DNA of 42,480 nt from Callorhinchus milii (lineage: Eukaryota), in NCBI RefSeq assembly GCF_018977255.1, contig NW_024705462.1, positions 1 to 42,480 on the forward strand. The letters are read 5' to 3'. The notes under the pieces were generated by a model. The model saw only the letters and a list, made by a program, of their open reading frames with translations. It ran no database searches and had not been told where the DNA came from. The position numbers and the translations under genes are program-made. Below are positions 22,872-35,295 of the stretch, in pieces (position 1 is the first letter of the stretch; each line of letters starts with the position of its first letter).

Positions 22872-24560
22872 GAACAACAAAAACAAAACTACATTTATAG
22901 AGCGCCTTTCACTTCGGGAGGCCGTCACAAAGCGCTGAACATTCAGGTGGCGAGGCCCGAGCATGGAGGCAGCGTGTTGTAGGGGTGAAGGCAGGCAAGG
23001 AGGTGGGAAAGAGACCATAAGCACGATCGAAGAGAAGGATCTTGAGACCGGCCTTGAAGAGGCAAGGGAAGAAGCGAGGGAAAGGACCGTGGGATGGAGT
23101 TACAGAGTGTGGGGGCAGAGAAGCTGAAAGCCCGGCCACCAATGTTGGGGCATGCGGAGGGAGCGGGCAGGTTGATAGTGGGTCAGCAGGTCAGAAGCGA
23201 GGAGGGGGCAAGGTCATGGTTGGCCTTAAGGGTGAGGACGAGGATCTTGAACTTGATTCTCTGGGGGATCGGGAGCCAGTGGAATCATTTTGGAAGTTTT
23301 GGAAGATCTGCAGCTTTTGAAGCCACGATTTGGGAAGGCCAATGAGGAGAGAGTTCCCGTATTCAAGCCTTGATGCGATGAATGCGTGGGTGAGAGTTTT
23401 GGCAGCCTGAGGAGTGAGGCAATGGTGAGGAGGTGGTGGTAGGCGTTGCCAGTCATGCCTCGGATGTGTGGAAGAAAGGACAGTTCAAGGTCAAACAAGA
23501 TACCCATGTTCCTGACTGGCTTAGTGAGGTTGAGTGTGCAGCCAAGGAGGCTGATGCTGCCAGCGCCTAAGGTAGAGAGGCGCTGGTGAGAGACAATCAG
23601 CAGGGCTTCGGTCTTGCGGACGTTGAGTTGGATAAAGTTAGCCCTCGTCCGGGACTTGATGTCGGACAGGCAGTCGGTCAGCACGCCAGGAGTCCTGGAG
23701 TTCAGGGTGAAGGCAGCGAGGTAGAGTTTGGTGTCATCCACATACATGTATAAATTTATCCCATTGTCTGCGGATGACGTCACCAAATGGGAGCATATAG
23801 AGGGTGACGAGGACTGGACCAAGGATAGAGCCCTGAAGAACACCGTGCGGGGGCTGGAGGAGAATCCGTTTGTCACGACAGAACCTTGAAATTTGACGTG
23901 GGAGAAGAGACGGTGGAGGATTGAGTAATCCATGGTGTTAAAGACTGCGCAGAGGTCCAGGAGGACGAGGAGGTAGGGGAAACCCTGGTCACACATGGTC
24001 TGAATGTCGTTTGTGACCTTGACCAGAACAGTTTCTGTGGAGGGCTTCATGGAAGGAGTGGGAGGACATGAAAAAGCGAAGCTCGGAGGCAACGGCATTC
24101 TCAAGGACATTGGAAAGGAAGGGATGTTTGAGTCGGGCCAGTAGCTAGAAAGCTTTAATAGGTCTAGGAGAGGTTTCTTCAAGGTGGGGTTGATGATGGC
24201 TGCTTTGAGGCGGTAAGGAACAGTGTCAGATGACAGGGCGATGTTAATGATGTCGGCGAGCAGCGGGGCAATGAGCTGGAGCTGGGATTTTAGGAGAGGG
24301 GAGGGGATGACGTCCAGGGAGCAGGTGATGGGCTTCATGAAGAATATGATGGTGAAGACAGAAGAGCGGTTAACAGGTTTAAAGGTATGGAAGGAGGGAT
24401 GGGTAATTGTCGGAGTGTGGGGTGGAGATCGGTAGGGGGCGAAAGAGCGAAAGGAGACTTGGGAGAGTCAGGTGATAGATTGAGGTGTGAGAGGGAGATG
24501 GATATGGACTTGTGGGAGTCAGGGGAGTGAGTATGAAAGGTGTGGACGGAGTGAAGCTTG
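22872..24560 (-). mobile_element. Degenerate L2 LINE, 5'-truncated
   Basis: aacaac tail with agcgcctttcac stem; ORF 23226-24338 (KPITCSLD, STETVLVKVTND, YVDD) is homologous to the 3629-6406 protein. Confidence 0.92.
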
Positions 24561-24759
24561 GAAGTTATAACTCTTTCAAGGACCTTGTAAAGGAAAGAGA
24601 GGTTGGAGATGGGTGGCAGTCGGTGGGCAGGGATGGGTCCATGGAAGGTTTTATTAGGAGAGAGGTTAATGACAGCTGTTTTTCATTGTAAAGTGAAACC
24701 GCACATTGTGTTTGTTTGTGTATTAAATTCCGGGATATTTGGTAAAGATCATTTGATAC

Positions 24760-24782
24760 CTTTTCTTCCGAGCAGCTTCCTC
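24760..24782 (-). CDS. TRIM 23-bp linker exon (EEAARKK-R)
   Basis: gatttcatcag acceptor, AAG|GTATCA donor; 23 bp is the canonical size after the 231-bp exon in TRIM genes. Confidence 0.8.
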
Positions 24783-25232
24783 CTGATGAAATCAAACACA
24801 GACAGAAGTGAGCTCACACTGAGACACCAAGAATAACAACAAATATTACATGTGTACAGCGCCCTTAACGTCAGGAGGAAGTCCCAAGGCACTGGGCGTG
24901 AAAGACGCTGTACACATATAATTTTTAAGACACCTCATTGTAAACTCAGATACACAGAACAGAATTTTGCAGCACAGAGTTGACTGTCATTATTACAGCC
25001 AAGTTATTCACTCAAAGTGATTTCCAAAGGTAAGAGAATTCAGATGTACAGCCACCATAAAGTGTTATCTGGGTAAGTTTACATCTGGAGACATAAAGTC
25101 AGACCTGTTGACACACTACGATATATTAAATTAGCAATTCAATCTCTTATCTCTTTATCAATCAGTATTACATGTATTTCTCCAGACTCTGTGCAACTGA
25201 TATGGAGCTCAATTGTAATGTAATCTCTTTAC

Positions 25233-25463
25233 CTGCAAAAACATCGGCCCGTCTTTTTCCATCTGTGTCTGTAACTCTGAGATTTCTTCTTGAACTGAAT
25301 CTAAATTGCTTTGAGTCTCTCGCAGGTTTGTCTCCATCCGTTGTAAAATCTCCTCCTCTCGCTGCCTGAGATCTCTCATCACCCGCTGCTCTCTGTCAGT
25401 CAGGATCTGGTGTATTTTAGAAAAATCGTCCTTGACTTGGGTCTGCAGACTGCTCGCCTGTTC
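25233..25463 (-). CDS. TRIM coiled-coil exon, 231 bp
   Basis: ttttgcag acceptor, CAG|GTAAAG donor; EQASSLQTQVKDDFSKIHQILTDREQRVMRDLRQREEEILQRMETNLRETQSNLDSVQEEISELQTQMEKDGPMFLQ. Confidence 0.9.
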
Positions 25464-25623
25464 CTGCAAAATGTCAGATATCACGCTATGTATACGCAGT
25501 AAAGAGAGCAGTACATCGCGACATGTACACACAGTAAAGAGAGACACACTGAGACATCACACCCTTTATACACAATAAATAGAGACAATCTGATTATCCA
25601 GAAATCAGCCCAATAAAACTTAC

Positions 25624-25719
25624 CTTAAGTTGTGAAATATTTTGTTTCTGTTTGGCTTCAGCTTGTAGAGCAGTTTCCTTCCTCTGTGTGAGAGAAGCTG
25701 AGGAGAATTTCAATTGATC
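25624..25719 (-). CDS. TRIM coiled-coil exon, 96 bp
   Basis: tttgctccag acceptor, AAG|GTAAGT donor; DQLKFSSASLTQRKETALQAEAKQKQNISQLK. Confidence 0.88.
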
Positions 25720-25794
25720 CTGGAGCAAACACACAGAACAACAGTGTTTGTAGTTGAAATCATCAAGTGGAATAGATTAACTCCCTCGTGAGGT

Positions 25795-26700
25795 GTACTG
25801 TTACCTTGTAGATTTCAACAGCTTCATTGACCGTCTCGTGTGGTGTTCCTCAAGGCTCGGTCCTCTCCTCTTTAACCTGTACATGCCATCTCTTGATGAC
25901 ATCATCCTCAGCCATGGAGTCAACTTCCATATGTACACACATGACCATCAGATTCATCTCTCTATGCCTCCAACATGAACCATATGACCACTGCTGGCCT
26001 GACAGAATGTTTGTCAAATAACAAGTCCTGAATAACTGCCAACTTTCTGCAGGTGAATACCAGCAAGACTGAAGCTTACGCCAGCACCTCCCAACTCAGG
26101 CCCTGGCAGCATCAGTACCAATGGATGCATATACCACCTCATCAATCCAGTCAGGATCCCAGGTGTCTTGTTCGATCCTCAACTGTCCTTTATCCCCCAC
26201 ATCCATGCCATGACCCGCTCTGCCTTCCCCCACCTCGGCAACATTACATGACTCCATCACTGTCTTACCTCTTTTTTACATCCAGACTCGAATATGCCAA
26301 AGCCATGTTTCTTGCCTCCACAACTCTTCCCTCCTCAAGTTGCAGATCATCCAGAACTCTGCAGCTCCTATGCTCCTTCACCAGGCTCTGTGACCCCACC
26401 TCCTCCAGCCTCGCTGGGCTTCACTGGATCCCCATTCCTCAGTGATCAAATTTAAAATAATTTTTCTCAATTTCAAAGCCTACCGCGGCCTTGCTCTCTC
26501 TTAACTCTCTGTCCAGCAAAGCCCGTATCAACCTATCCATTCCCTCCATTCTGCCACCTCCTACATATCTCCAGCCCAATCTACCCTGCCACTAGCGGCC
26601 GGTATTCCAGCCTCTCTGATCCCAACATTTGGACCCTGCGCCTTGGGACTTCCTTGCCACGTGGAAACCTACTGTATATAGATGTCAATGCGTTTTGTAT
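25795..26700 (+). mobile_element. Degenerate L2 RT/3' fragment
   Basis: [30 protein letters not shown]; tail remnant gcgccttgggac...cgtggaaac at 26638-26690. Confidence 0.85.
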
Positions 26701-26740
26701 TGCTGCACTATATTCACTATGTTTGTGTCTCTGTGTGCAG

Positions 26741-26827
26741 GCAGGAAGAAAATATTCTGGGAGATGGTGGACCGAAGCAACCGAGTGAGGCTCTGACGAA
26801 CCCGAAGTTCAAAATAGAGGTTCTGGA
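26741..26827 (+). CDS. NLR LRR exon A (87 bp, divergent)
   Basis: ctgtgtgcag acceptor, GTGAGT donor, phase 2-2; QEENILGDGGPKQPSEALTNPKFKIEVL. Confidence 0.7.
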
Positions 26828-27649
26828 GTGAGTAACACACTGTGGAATTCAATTACATGGGAAAAAATCACATCGGTGTCCTACATTGGCCATAAACACA
26901 CACAACATGGCCTCTGACAGGTCATAGTCAGGGTTGGTATCTCCTCTCACCACCTCACTCTCACATAAAGATCCCCTCTGTTCACCACAGTACTCAGTGC
27001 TCACAGACATAGCCCAGATCTAGAGACACTGAAAGGATATCCACACAGGAGACCTGCCCTCACCATGTGGCCAGGCCTCAGGCCCTACTGACTGTAGCCC
27101 CAGAGTGAGAGGCCCGGGGGACAGATAATCTCATGCTTGATACCCACCCACACACTCTCCCTTGTCAACCACAGCACTGCCAACACGGAGGATCTGGTGT
27201 CCATCATGCAGAGGAGTAGACTCCCTCCAGCCTCTCGCTGATTGATCATGTTACATGCACACTCACTCTCTCGGCCTGCGATGCTGACAGACTGTGTTGC
27301 GGCTCCTCACGGCCTAAACAGCCACCTATGGCATCAGCTGGTCTCACTGCCCTGTCCTCATACCCAGGCCACTTACACTGTTATACTGGGCTCTGGATTT
27401 CCGTCGTGGGGAAGGCGGGTAAACTGCGCCCTGAGGACTTTCAGGGCAGAGGCAGCTATGAGGGGGGCTTTCAGTTGGGCTGTGAGGGAGAGCTCAGTCT
27501 GGGTACTCGGGGAGGACCTGCTGCCATGAGATCAGGACACAGGAAGCCTGTGGCCTAGTGACGTAGGCTGGAGAAGACTTGCCTGTGAGTGTGGGGAGTG
27601 AGTGCTGTGGTGCCTGAGCTGGTGGAACGAGAATAGGAGAGAAGCCGAG

Positions 27650-28040
27650 AGGGGGCAGGAGCCAACCCAGGCACACTGGGATGTGTGCAATGGAGGAAGT
27701 GGTGTTTACCAACTTTACCATCCTGCTCGCTCCATCCACTCGGTGTGCACTGGGCTGCTACACGTCCTCGCCCTGCCCGCTCCACCATCAACTCTTCTGC
27801 ATTCACACAGTCAGACATCACCATCACCATCACCACCCTGTGGAACTCAATCCTGGAGAACCGCTATCTCTCCTCCTCTTTTGCCTCCTTCAATGCCCAT
27901 CTCAACAACTTCACCTTTGACCCTGCCTTCGGTTATCCTCCTACCCCAATCTCTTGCACTCCACCCAACTCTGATCCCAACCCCCAGATCAGGTACAAAC
28001 CCTCATTGCCTTGGTACGTCTTCCTGACAGGAAAGTCCCT
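27650..28040 (+). mobile_element. Highly degraded L2 fragments
   Basis: aatggaggaagtggtgtt (GGGV-like), ttcaatgcccatctcaac (FNxH-like) and gccttggtacgtcttcctgac tail. Confidence 0.45.
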
Positions 28041-28317
28041 AAACTTGCGAATTGATTTTGTTGCCGCAGAGACTGGGGACACTCGAACCTTCCAACCCCG
28101 TCCCTGTAAAGCTCTGAGACATCACCCTGCAAGAAATTAATATAAATGTTAGATGTTTATTCGATCTACCACAACTTAGGAAGGATGCCTGTGTGTGTCT
28201 GACTGTGTGTGGGCATATGCGAGTGTGCCTGACCCTGGTTCCAACGCCTTGGGACTTGCTCCCCACGTGAAAGGCTCCTGTATATACATGTCAATGTGTT
28301 TGTGTCTCCGTGTCCAG

Positions 28318-28404
28318 GCTGCAGGACCATAATCTGGGAGATTGTGGAGTGAAGCAACTGTGTGAGGATCTGATGAACCTGGAGTGTAAAATACCGAATC
28401 TATG
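28318..28404 (+). CDS. NLR LRR exon B (87 bp)
   Basis: tgtccag acceptor, GTAAGT donor; [29 protein letters not shown]. Confidence 0.82.
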
Positions 28405-28701
28405 GTAAGTAACACACTGTGGACTTGGTGTCAGTAATTGGCTCTAAACACAGATTATTATATCCTGAGCAGCTGTGGACAATATTAGTTCTAAAAGTTC
28501 CTGAAAGCTACAAGGGCTGCCTTAGCGGTAGCGTTTTAAGGATAAGTCACTGGGAGCAGAGATTCTTCCCACTCACTTGCTGCTGACCCTGTGGGCCACA
28601 GTATTTACAGGTTGGTGGGTGTCCTATCCAGAAAATAGAGGGATGTTTCCCTCTCACATGGGACCTTACACAGCTTTAGCTGATTAAACTGCAGCAGCAC
28701 C

Positions 28702-28968
28702 GATAATAATAATAATAATTGAATTTGATACAGTGTTTTTCACGTTTTCTAGACGTCTCAAAGCGCTTCACGGAAAATACTCTAAAGTCGATTGACTGCA
28801 TTTTTGTGGGCGAAACGCGGCAGCAAATTGTGCACAGCAAAGACCCACAAACCCAATGTATTATTGGGTTTTATTTTACGGATTTTTGTCAGGCATGTGG
28901 AGTAAGGAAACTTGCCCAAGGTTTCTCCCTGCTTGGATTTGAACTCAGGTCTCTCGCTTGTGAGGCCA
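28702..28968 (-). mobile_element. tRNA-derived SINE, diverged
   Basis: (taa)n tail; tgtggagtaaggaaacttgcccaaggttt core; ttgaactcaggtctctc B-box region. Confidence 0.85.
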
Positions 28969-29513
28969 GGTATTAGTTGCGCATTTGCGTATTTGTTACT
29001 ATTTGACTGCCATCAACACAAAATGCCAGGGAACGTTTTGCCCATTGAAAAATACATTGACGACGGCTATCACAACACAAGCAGCTTTCTCAGTGCAATA
29101 TTTTGTTTTCAGTAGTTGGCAACAAATCACTATATATCGATCAAAATTAAGAGTTACAGTGAACCAGACTGAAGGTGCCTACACTCCAACCCCTACCCAC
29201 CCCCCAACACACACTGTGTGGTCACTGAACCTACAATTGCACCAAACTACACCCAATCCTGCAATCCTGAATGTGAGTGTCTGTTCCACGTACAGCGATA
29301 TATTAATGTGAAGGTGAAAAAATGTCAGCCCCGGCCCTTTCCTCCTGTCCCAGAAAATCCATCCCATCCGCAGTCTCTCATGGTAGTCAGCGTTGTATTC
29401 ACTTTGATCCCTTTTATGGCTCCGTGTCTCTCATCTCCAGGCTGTGTAATAAATAATAATACGCACTGTGTTTACTCTGATCCCTGTTATGTTCTTTTGT
29501 CTGTGATTGTCAG

Positions 29514-29684
29514 GCTGAGGGACATCGATCTGACAACTGATAGCACCGAGGACCTGTCCTCCGATCTCAAAATAAACCACAAACTGACGGAGCTGAACTT
29601 GAGTCATAATAATCTGGGAGATCGTGGAGTGAAGCGACTGTGTGAGGCTCTGAGGAACCCGGAGTGTAAAATACAGAGTCTGTG
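29514..29684 (+). CDS. NLR LRR exon C (171 bp)
   Basis: attgtcag acceptor, GTAAGT donor; [57 protein letters not shown]; 171-bp phase-2 exons are typical of RNH1/NLRP LRRs. Confidence 0.93.
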
Positions 29685-31795
29685 GTAAGTAACGCACTGT
29701 GTCTCCAGAGTCTGAATGACTCCAATATCTCAATGTGTTTATTGTGACTGTCTGATCAGTGCGGCTGAATATTGTGACAGGAATCGGTGTGACAGTGTGA
29801 GGCCACAAGCCATCGTTTACATCAAACTCTCAATATGTGTTAATAAGAAACCATGTGCTGGAAACCCCATCTCTAGTGACATGTGGACAGTCACAGCTCC
29901 GACCCCTAAACTGGCTCCAAGCCCCAAACCCGCTCCCATTGTATCTAATCCCGAAGCTCCTGCCCTGGTCCCGTCAATCCCTCCACACACTGTGGGTTTG
30001 TAATTCTCTACTATTGTCAGCCGTGTGTCTGACACACACACAAACCTGTCCTCAGGCTTCAAACTCTCCAAACCAACCTCCTGACAGTTCCACATCTGAC
30101 TGGAGACTTGTGTGTGTGCAGTGGAGGCCATTCTCTCCAGGAAAGGGAAAGCTTTCGATCCGCTGGGAGACTTTTAAGATAAATTGTGGGTGAATCTAAA
30201 AGCAGTCTCACTGGGACCTCGGAGCAGTATAGAACTGAGTGTGTTTGTTTGTGTTGATGCGCATGTTTGTGTCTGTGTCTGTGCGTGTTTGTGTGTGTAT
30301 GTCAGTGTGTGTTATCCTGGTGTGTCTGTGTATGTTTATGTGTGCGCGTGTTTCCGGGTGTGTGTGTGTTGGCGTTTGTATGCGTGTCACTGTGTGTGAT
30401 AGAGGGAGAGAGAGAGAGAGACTGAGAAAGAGATTGAGAGATAGAGATAGATTGAGGGACAGAGGCTGAAAGTCGTAGAGAGAGAGATAGAATGTGAAAG
30501 AGATTGAGAGAGAGGGAGACAGAGGAAATATATTTTAAAGTGTAGCGCATGTGTGTTTTGTGGGGAAAAGAGATACAGAGTAACTGTGAGAGAGAGAGAT
30601 TGGGAGAAACTGCGGGAGAGACAAAGAAAGAGACAGAGAGAGAGAAAGTGCTTCAGAGACACATAGTGAAAGAGAGACTGAGGGACAGCCTAAGAGACCC
30701 GGAGAGAGCGAGACTGACAGTGTGTGTGTGAGACAGAGAGAGAGAGAGAGAAGGAGACTGAGCAAGAGAGGGAATGATTGTGAGAGAGAGAGACCTTGAG
30801 AGAGAATAAGTTATAAAGTGTAGTGACTTTGTTTTGTGGGAGAGGCAGATAAAGAACCTTAGAGAGAGAGACTGTGAGACATAGTGAACGACATAGAAGT
30901 AAACTGAGGAAAGAAAGAAAAGAGGGTGAAAAAAAATATAAAACGTAGTGACGGTTTTGTGGGAGAGACAGAGAGAGAATCAGAGAGAGAGAGACTGCGA
31001 TGTGTGTGTGTGCACATGTGTGTGTGTGCACATGTGCGGGTGTGTGTGACCCTGGTCCCAGCGCCTTGGGACTTGCTCCCCACGTGAAAGGCTCCTGTAT
31101 ATACATGTCAATGTGTATTGTGTTGTTACACTATATTCCCTGTGTTTGTGTCTCTGTGTCCAGGCTGGGGGCAATAATCTGGGAGATTGTGGAGTGAAGC
31201 GACTGTGTGAGGCTCTGAGGAACCCGGAGTGTAAAATACAGAGTCTGTGGTAAGTAACGCACTGTGTCTCCAGAGTCTGAATGACTCCAATATCTCAATG
31301 TGTTTATTGTGACTGTCTGATCAGTGCGGCTGAATATTGTGACAGGAATCGGTGTGACAGTGTGAGGCCACAAGCCATCGTTTACATCAAACTCTCAACA
31401 TGTGTTAATAAGAAACCATGTGCTGGAAACCCCATCTCTAGTGACATGAGGACAGCTCCGACCCCTAAACTGGCTCCAAGCCCCAAACCCGCTCCCATTG
31501 TATCTAATCCCGAAGCTCCTGCCCTGGTCCCGTCAATCCCTCCACACACTGTGGGTTTGTAGTTCTCTACTATTGTCAGCCGTGTGTCTGACACACACAC
31601 AAACCTGTCATCAGGCTTCAAACTCTCCAAACCAACCCCCTGACAGCTCCACATCTGACTGGAGATTTGTTTGTGTGGAATGGAGGCCATTCTCTCCAGG
31701 AAAGGGGAAGCTTTTGATCCACTGGGGGACTTTCAAGACAAATTGTGGGTGAATCTAGAAGCAGTCTCACTGGGAGCTCGGAGCACACTGAATAG
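29607..31795. repeat. Direct duplication: ~29607-30240 versus ~31172-31795 (LRR half-exon plus intron)
   Basis: Near-identical sequence; ORFs 29716-30003 and 31281-31562 are almost identical. Confidence 0.9.
31164..31249 (+). pseudogene. NLR LRR exon D (86 bp; -1 frameshift in a G-run)
   Basis: Intact splice sites. One more G at 31167-31171 would give 87 bp, [29 protein letters not shown]. Confidence 0.8.
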
Positions 31796-32544
31796 TGTGT
31801 GTTTGTGCATTTGTGTTTAATCATGAGTGTGTTTCTGTATGTGTATATGTGTGTCTGCGTGTGCCTTGTTTTAGTGTGGGCCTGCGTGTGTATCTGTGTT
31901 TATCTGTGTGTGTGTGTGCCATTGTGTGTTGGTGTTTGTTTGTGTGTGTCTGTGTGTATTTCTCGGTGCTTTTTTCTGTGTGTATTTTTGTGCGTTTGTA
32001 TGTGTGTTTCTGTGTGTGGTGTATTTGTATATGATATTGTGTGTGTTGTGTGCCCAAGTGTCCTGTGTGCATGAATGTTCGTGCGTGTGTGTCTGTGTGT
32101 TTCTATGTTTGAGTGTATGTATGCATGTGTGTGTGCGATAATGTATGTGTATGTATTTTTATGTGTGTGTGAGATTGCTTGTTCCTATGTGTGTGTATGT
32201 TTGAGTTTGTATGTACATGGGTCTGTTTCGGTGATGTGTTTATGCGTGTGTATGTGTGTGTTTGTATGCGCGCATTTCTTCAACCTGTCCGGCTCAGACA
32301 TGCATGATGTTGGGACTTCCTCCCTAATCCTGAGACCTTTAACACACTCGGATCAATGATTCCATCCATATTCCCTACTGGCTTTAGCTCTCGGATGGAA
32401 AACAAATTGTGGAAAAATCATATTCTGAGGTAGTTTTTGTTGGTATTTTTACAGTCAAATTATTTATGCAAAACCCTTCCCCAGAATAAAGTCTACACAG
32501 CTTTAGCCCTGAGTTAGCCTGTGTCTGCTCACACACTGCAGTCT

Positions 32545-32645
32545 GAGCCCTGTAGCTCAGTGGTTAGAGCCCTCGCCTCGCTACCGAGAGGGCCTGGGGG
32601 TGATTCCTGGCAGAGCAAAACCTTACGGATGTTTCCTTACTCCAC
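32545..32645 (+). mobile_element. SINE head fragment
   Basis: ctgtagctcagtggttagagc...aaacctt...gtttccttactccac. Confidence 0.8.
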
Positions 32646-32679
32646 TTGTGTCTGTTTGCCTCACAGTCAGTCACAACCC

Positions 32680-33173
32680 AAGAGAGTCTGAGAGACACAG
32701 AGCGAGAGAGGTTGAGAGACAGAGGCTGAGAGACTCAGAAAGAAAGAGAGAGAGCGAGAGAGACTGGGGGAAAGGCAGAGGGAGAGACTGCGAGAGAGAC
32801 TGTGAAAGAGAGAGACCAAGAGAGGGAGAGAGAGAGAGAAAGACTTAAGGGCGAGAATGAGAGAGAGAGACTGAGGGAGAGGCAGAGAGAGAGACTGTGA
32901 AAGAGACTGAAAGAGAGAGAGAAAGGGAGAGAGGGAGCGAGAGACATAGTCTTAAAGAGCGACTGAGAGAGGTATTGAGAGAGACTGAAATACGGAGTGA
33001 GACGGAAATGGAGAGAGCATATATGTGTAGTGACTGTATGTTTTGCAGGCGAGACAGTGAGAGACAGACATAGTGACAGAAAGAGATTGACTGACTGAGA
33101 GAGAGAGAGATTGAGAGAGAGACAGAAAGAGACACTGATAGACACACAGAGAGAAAGAAAGAGACTGAGAAAG

Positions 33174-33215
<42 letters not shown>

Positions 33216-33778
33216 AAAGAAAATCTATTTTAAAGTGTAGCGAATGTTGTTTTTTGGGGGAATCGTACAGAGTCAAAGAGGGAGACAGAGAGAGAGAGAG
33301 TGATTGGGAGAAACTGCGGGAGAGATAGAGGTAGAGACTGAGGGAGAAAGTGACTCAGAGACAGAGTGAAAGAGAGACTGAGGAACAGCTTCAGAGAGCC
33401 CGAGAGATAGAGACTGAGACAGTGAGAGAGACTGTGATAGAGGGAGACTGGGAGAAAGAGAGAGACTGTGAGAGACAACATGTTATAATGTATAGTGACT
33501 GAGTTTTGTGGAGAGGCAGAGAACGAAAATTATACAGAGAGAGGAGAGACAGAGTCTGTGAGACAAAGTGAAAGACGTAGAAGGAGACTGAGAGAGAGAT
33601 GGAGAGAGAGTAAGAGAGAGAGAGCGACAGACTGTGATGTGCCTATGCGTGTGTGTGTATCCGTCTGTCTGTGTGTGTGTGAATCTGTCTGTGTCTGTGT
33701 GCATGTGTGTGTGTGGTCTCTGTCTGTGTCTGTGTGTTTGTGTGTCTGTCTGTTTATGTATGTCTGTGTGTGTGTGTC
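32680..33778. repeat. AG-rich then TG-rich low-complexity tract
   Basis: (GA)n and (TG)n runs; partly similar to 30400-31050. Confidence 0.85.
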
Positions 33779-34254
33779 TGTTGTTAGAAACATTTGCAAC
33801 TCTCCAACAATGTTAGAATGATGCGATTCCAGTTTACCAATTGGTTGACTTCAGTCACTTTATTCAGGTCAAAACAGCAGGTAATACACAAATACATGAA
33901 ACAATAAAATAACACACAAGACACAAAAGTACCGACAGGATTCCTGTCACAGCACTGGTCTTGTCTCGCAGTGCTCCGCTACCGTTCCCGAGAGATATCT
34001 AACACACCTTTGTTTAAAGACACCTTAATAACTCCAGACAAAGCTGTCTTTTTTAAGAAAAACAACTCCTTATATGGTTATATCCATAATATGTTTCAAT
34101 TCTCCCTTTAACCACAAGGACTTTCTGTGTCCTTGTACGTCCTGACCTTATGTTGCCATTGTTTTGGGTTCTGCCTTCAGTTACTGAGCTTTGCAGCTTT
34201 TGCACTTCTATTTTAGATTCTTAAACCACACATTAACATTAACCCATGACAACA
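33779..34254 (-). mobile_element. Possible solo LTR or non-autonomous element (second copy ~37428-37896)
   Basis: Complex ~470-bp island within TG repeat; tgttgt...acaaca termini; minus-strand AATAAA and TATAA-like motifs; no TSD found. Confidence 0.35.
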
Positions 34255-34267
34255 CTGTGTGTATGTA

Positions 34268-34298
<31 letters not shown>

Positions 34299-34810
34299 CA
34301 GTGCATATGATTTTGTGTGTGTGTGTCTGTTTGCGTGTCTGTGTGTATGTGTGAGTTTGCCTGTTTATGTGGGTCTGTGTGCTTTTGTGAGTGCTTTCGT
34401 AAGTGCGTGTGTTTCTGTGTGAGCGATTGTTTGTGTGTGTATTTGTGTTTGTTTCTGTGTTTGTGTTTGTGTGTGTGTTTTTCAGTATATCTATATATAT
34501 AAATATTGTGTGTCTCGATGTGTTTATGTGTGTGTCTCTTTCTGTGTGTGTGGTTTCTGCGGTTTTTTTTGTATCTCTGTGTGTATTTGTGTTCGACTGT
34601 GTTTGCTTGTGTGAACGATTGTTTGTGTGTGTGTGTGTGTTTGTGTGTTTGGTGTATGTATTTGTGTGACTTGGTGCTTGTGAGTGAGTGTGTGTCAGAG
34701 CCTTGGGACATCCGACATGAAAGGCGATACACAACTGTAATCTTGTTGTTGTTGTTGTTGTTGTGTGCGTTTGTGTGTGTTCCTGTGAGTGTGTGCGATT
34801 GTGTGTGTGT

Positions 34811-35295
34811 ATCCCAGAGAATCGAGTTCAAGATCGTCGTCCTCACCTTTAAGGCCATCCATGGCCTCGCCCCCTCCTCCCCTCTCTGACCTGCTGACTC
34901 CCTACCAACCTGCCCGCTCCCTCCGTCCAGTGGGCTCCGGGCTGCTCCGTTTCTCCCGCCCGACCCGCCCTCCCATCGGTGTCCGGGCTTTCAGCCTCTC
35001 TGCCCCACACTCTGGAACTCCATCCCACGGTCCCTTCCCCTCACTTCCTCTCTTGTCTCCTTCAAGGTCGGTCTCAAGACCCTTCTCTTCGATCGTGCCT
35101 TTGGTCTCCCTCCCACCTCTCTGCCTTCCCTCACTCCTACCCCACCCCTCCACACCCCTCCCCCACCCCTCCCCCACCCGTCCCCCACCCTCCCCACCCC
35201 TCCCCCATGCTCAGGCCCCGACACCTGACTGTTCAGCGCTTTGGGACGTCCTGCCGACCTGAAAGGCGCTCTGTCAATGCAATTTTATTGATGTT
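34811..35295 (+). mobile_element. L2 3' fragment (a short L2 tail also at 34698-34762)
   Basis: [21 protein letters not shown]; stem-loop tail. Confidence 0.9.

Noticed and set aside
13186..24782. In-frame TRIM coiled-coil to C-type lectin fusion (same strand)
   Set aside because: The TRIM 23-bp exon ends in phase 2. Splicing to 13231 gives an immediate TGA, and the CTLD exon is phase 1, so it is incompatible.
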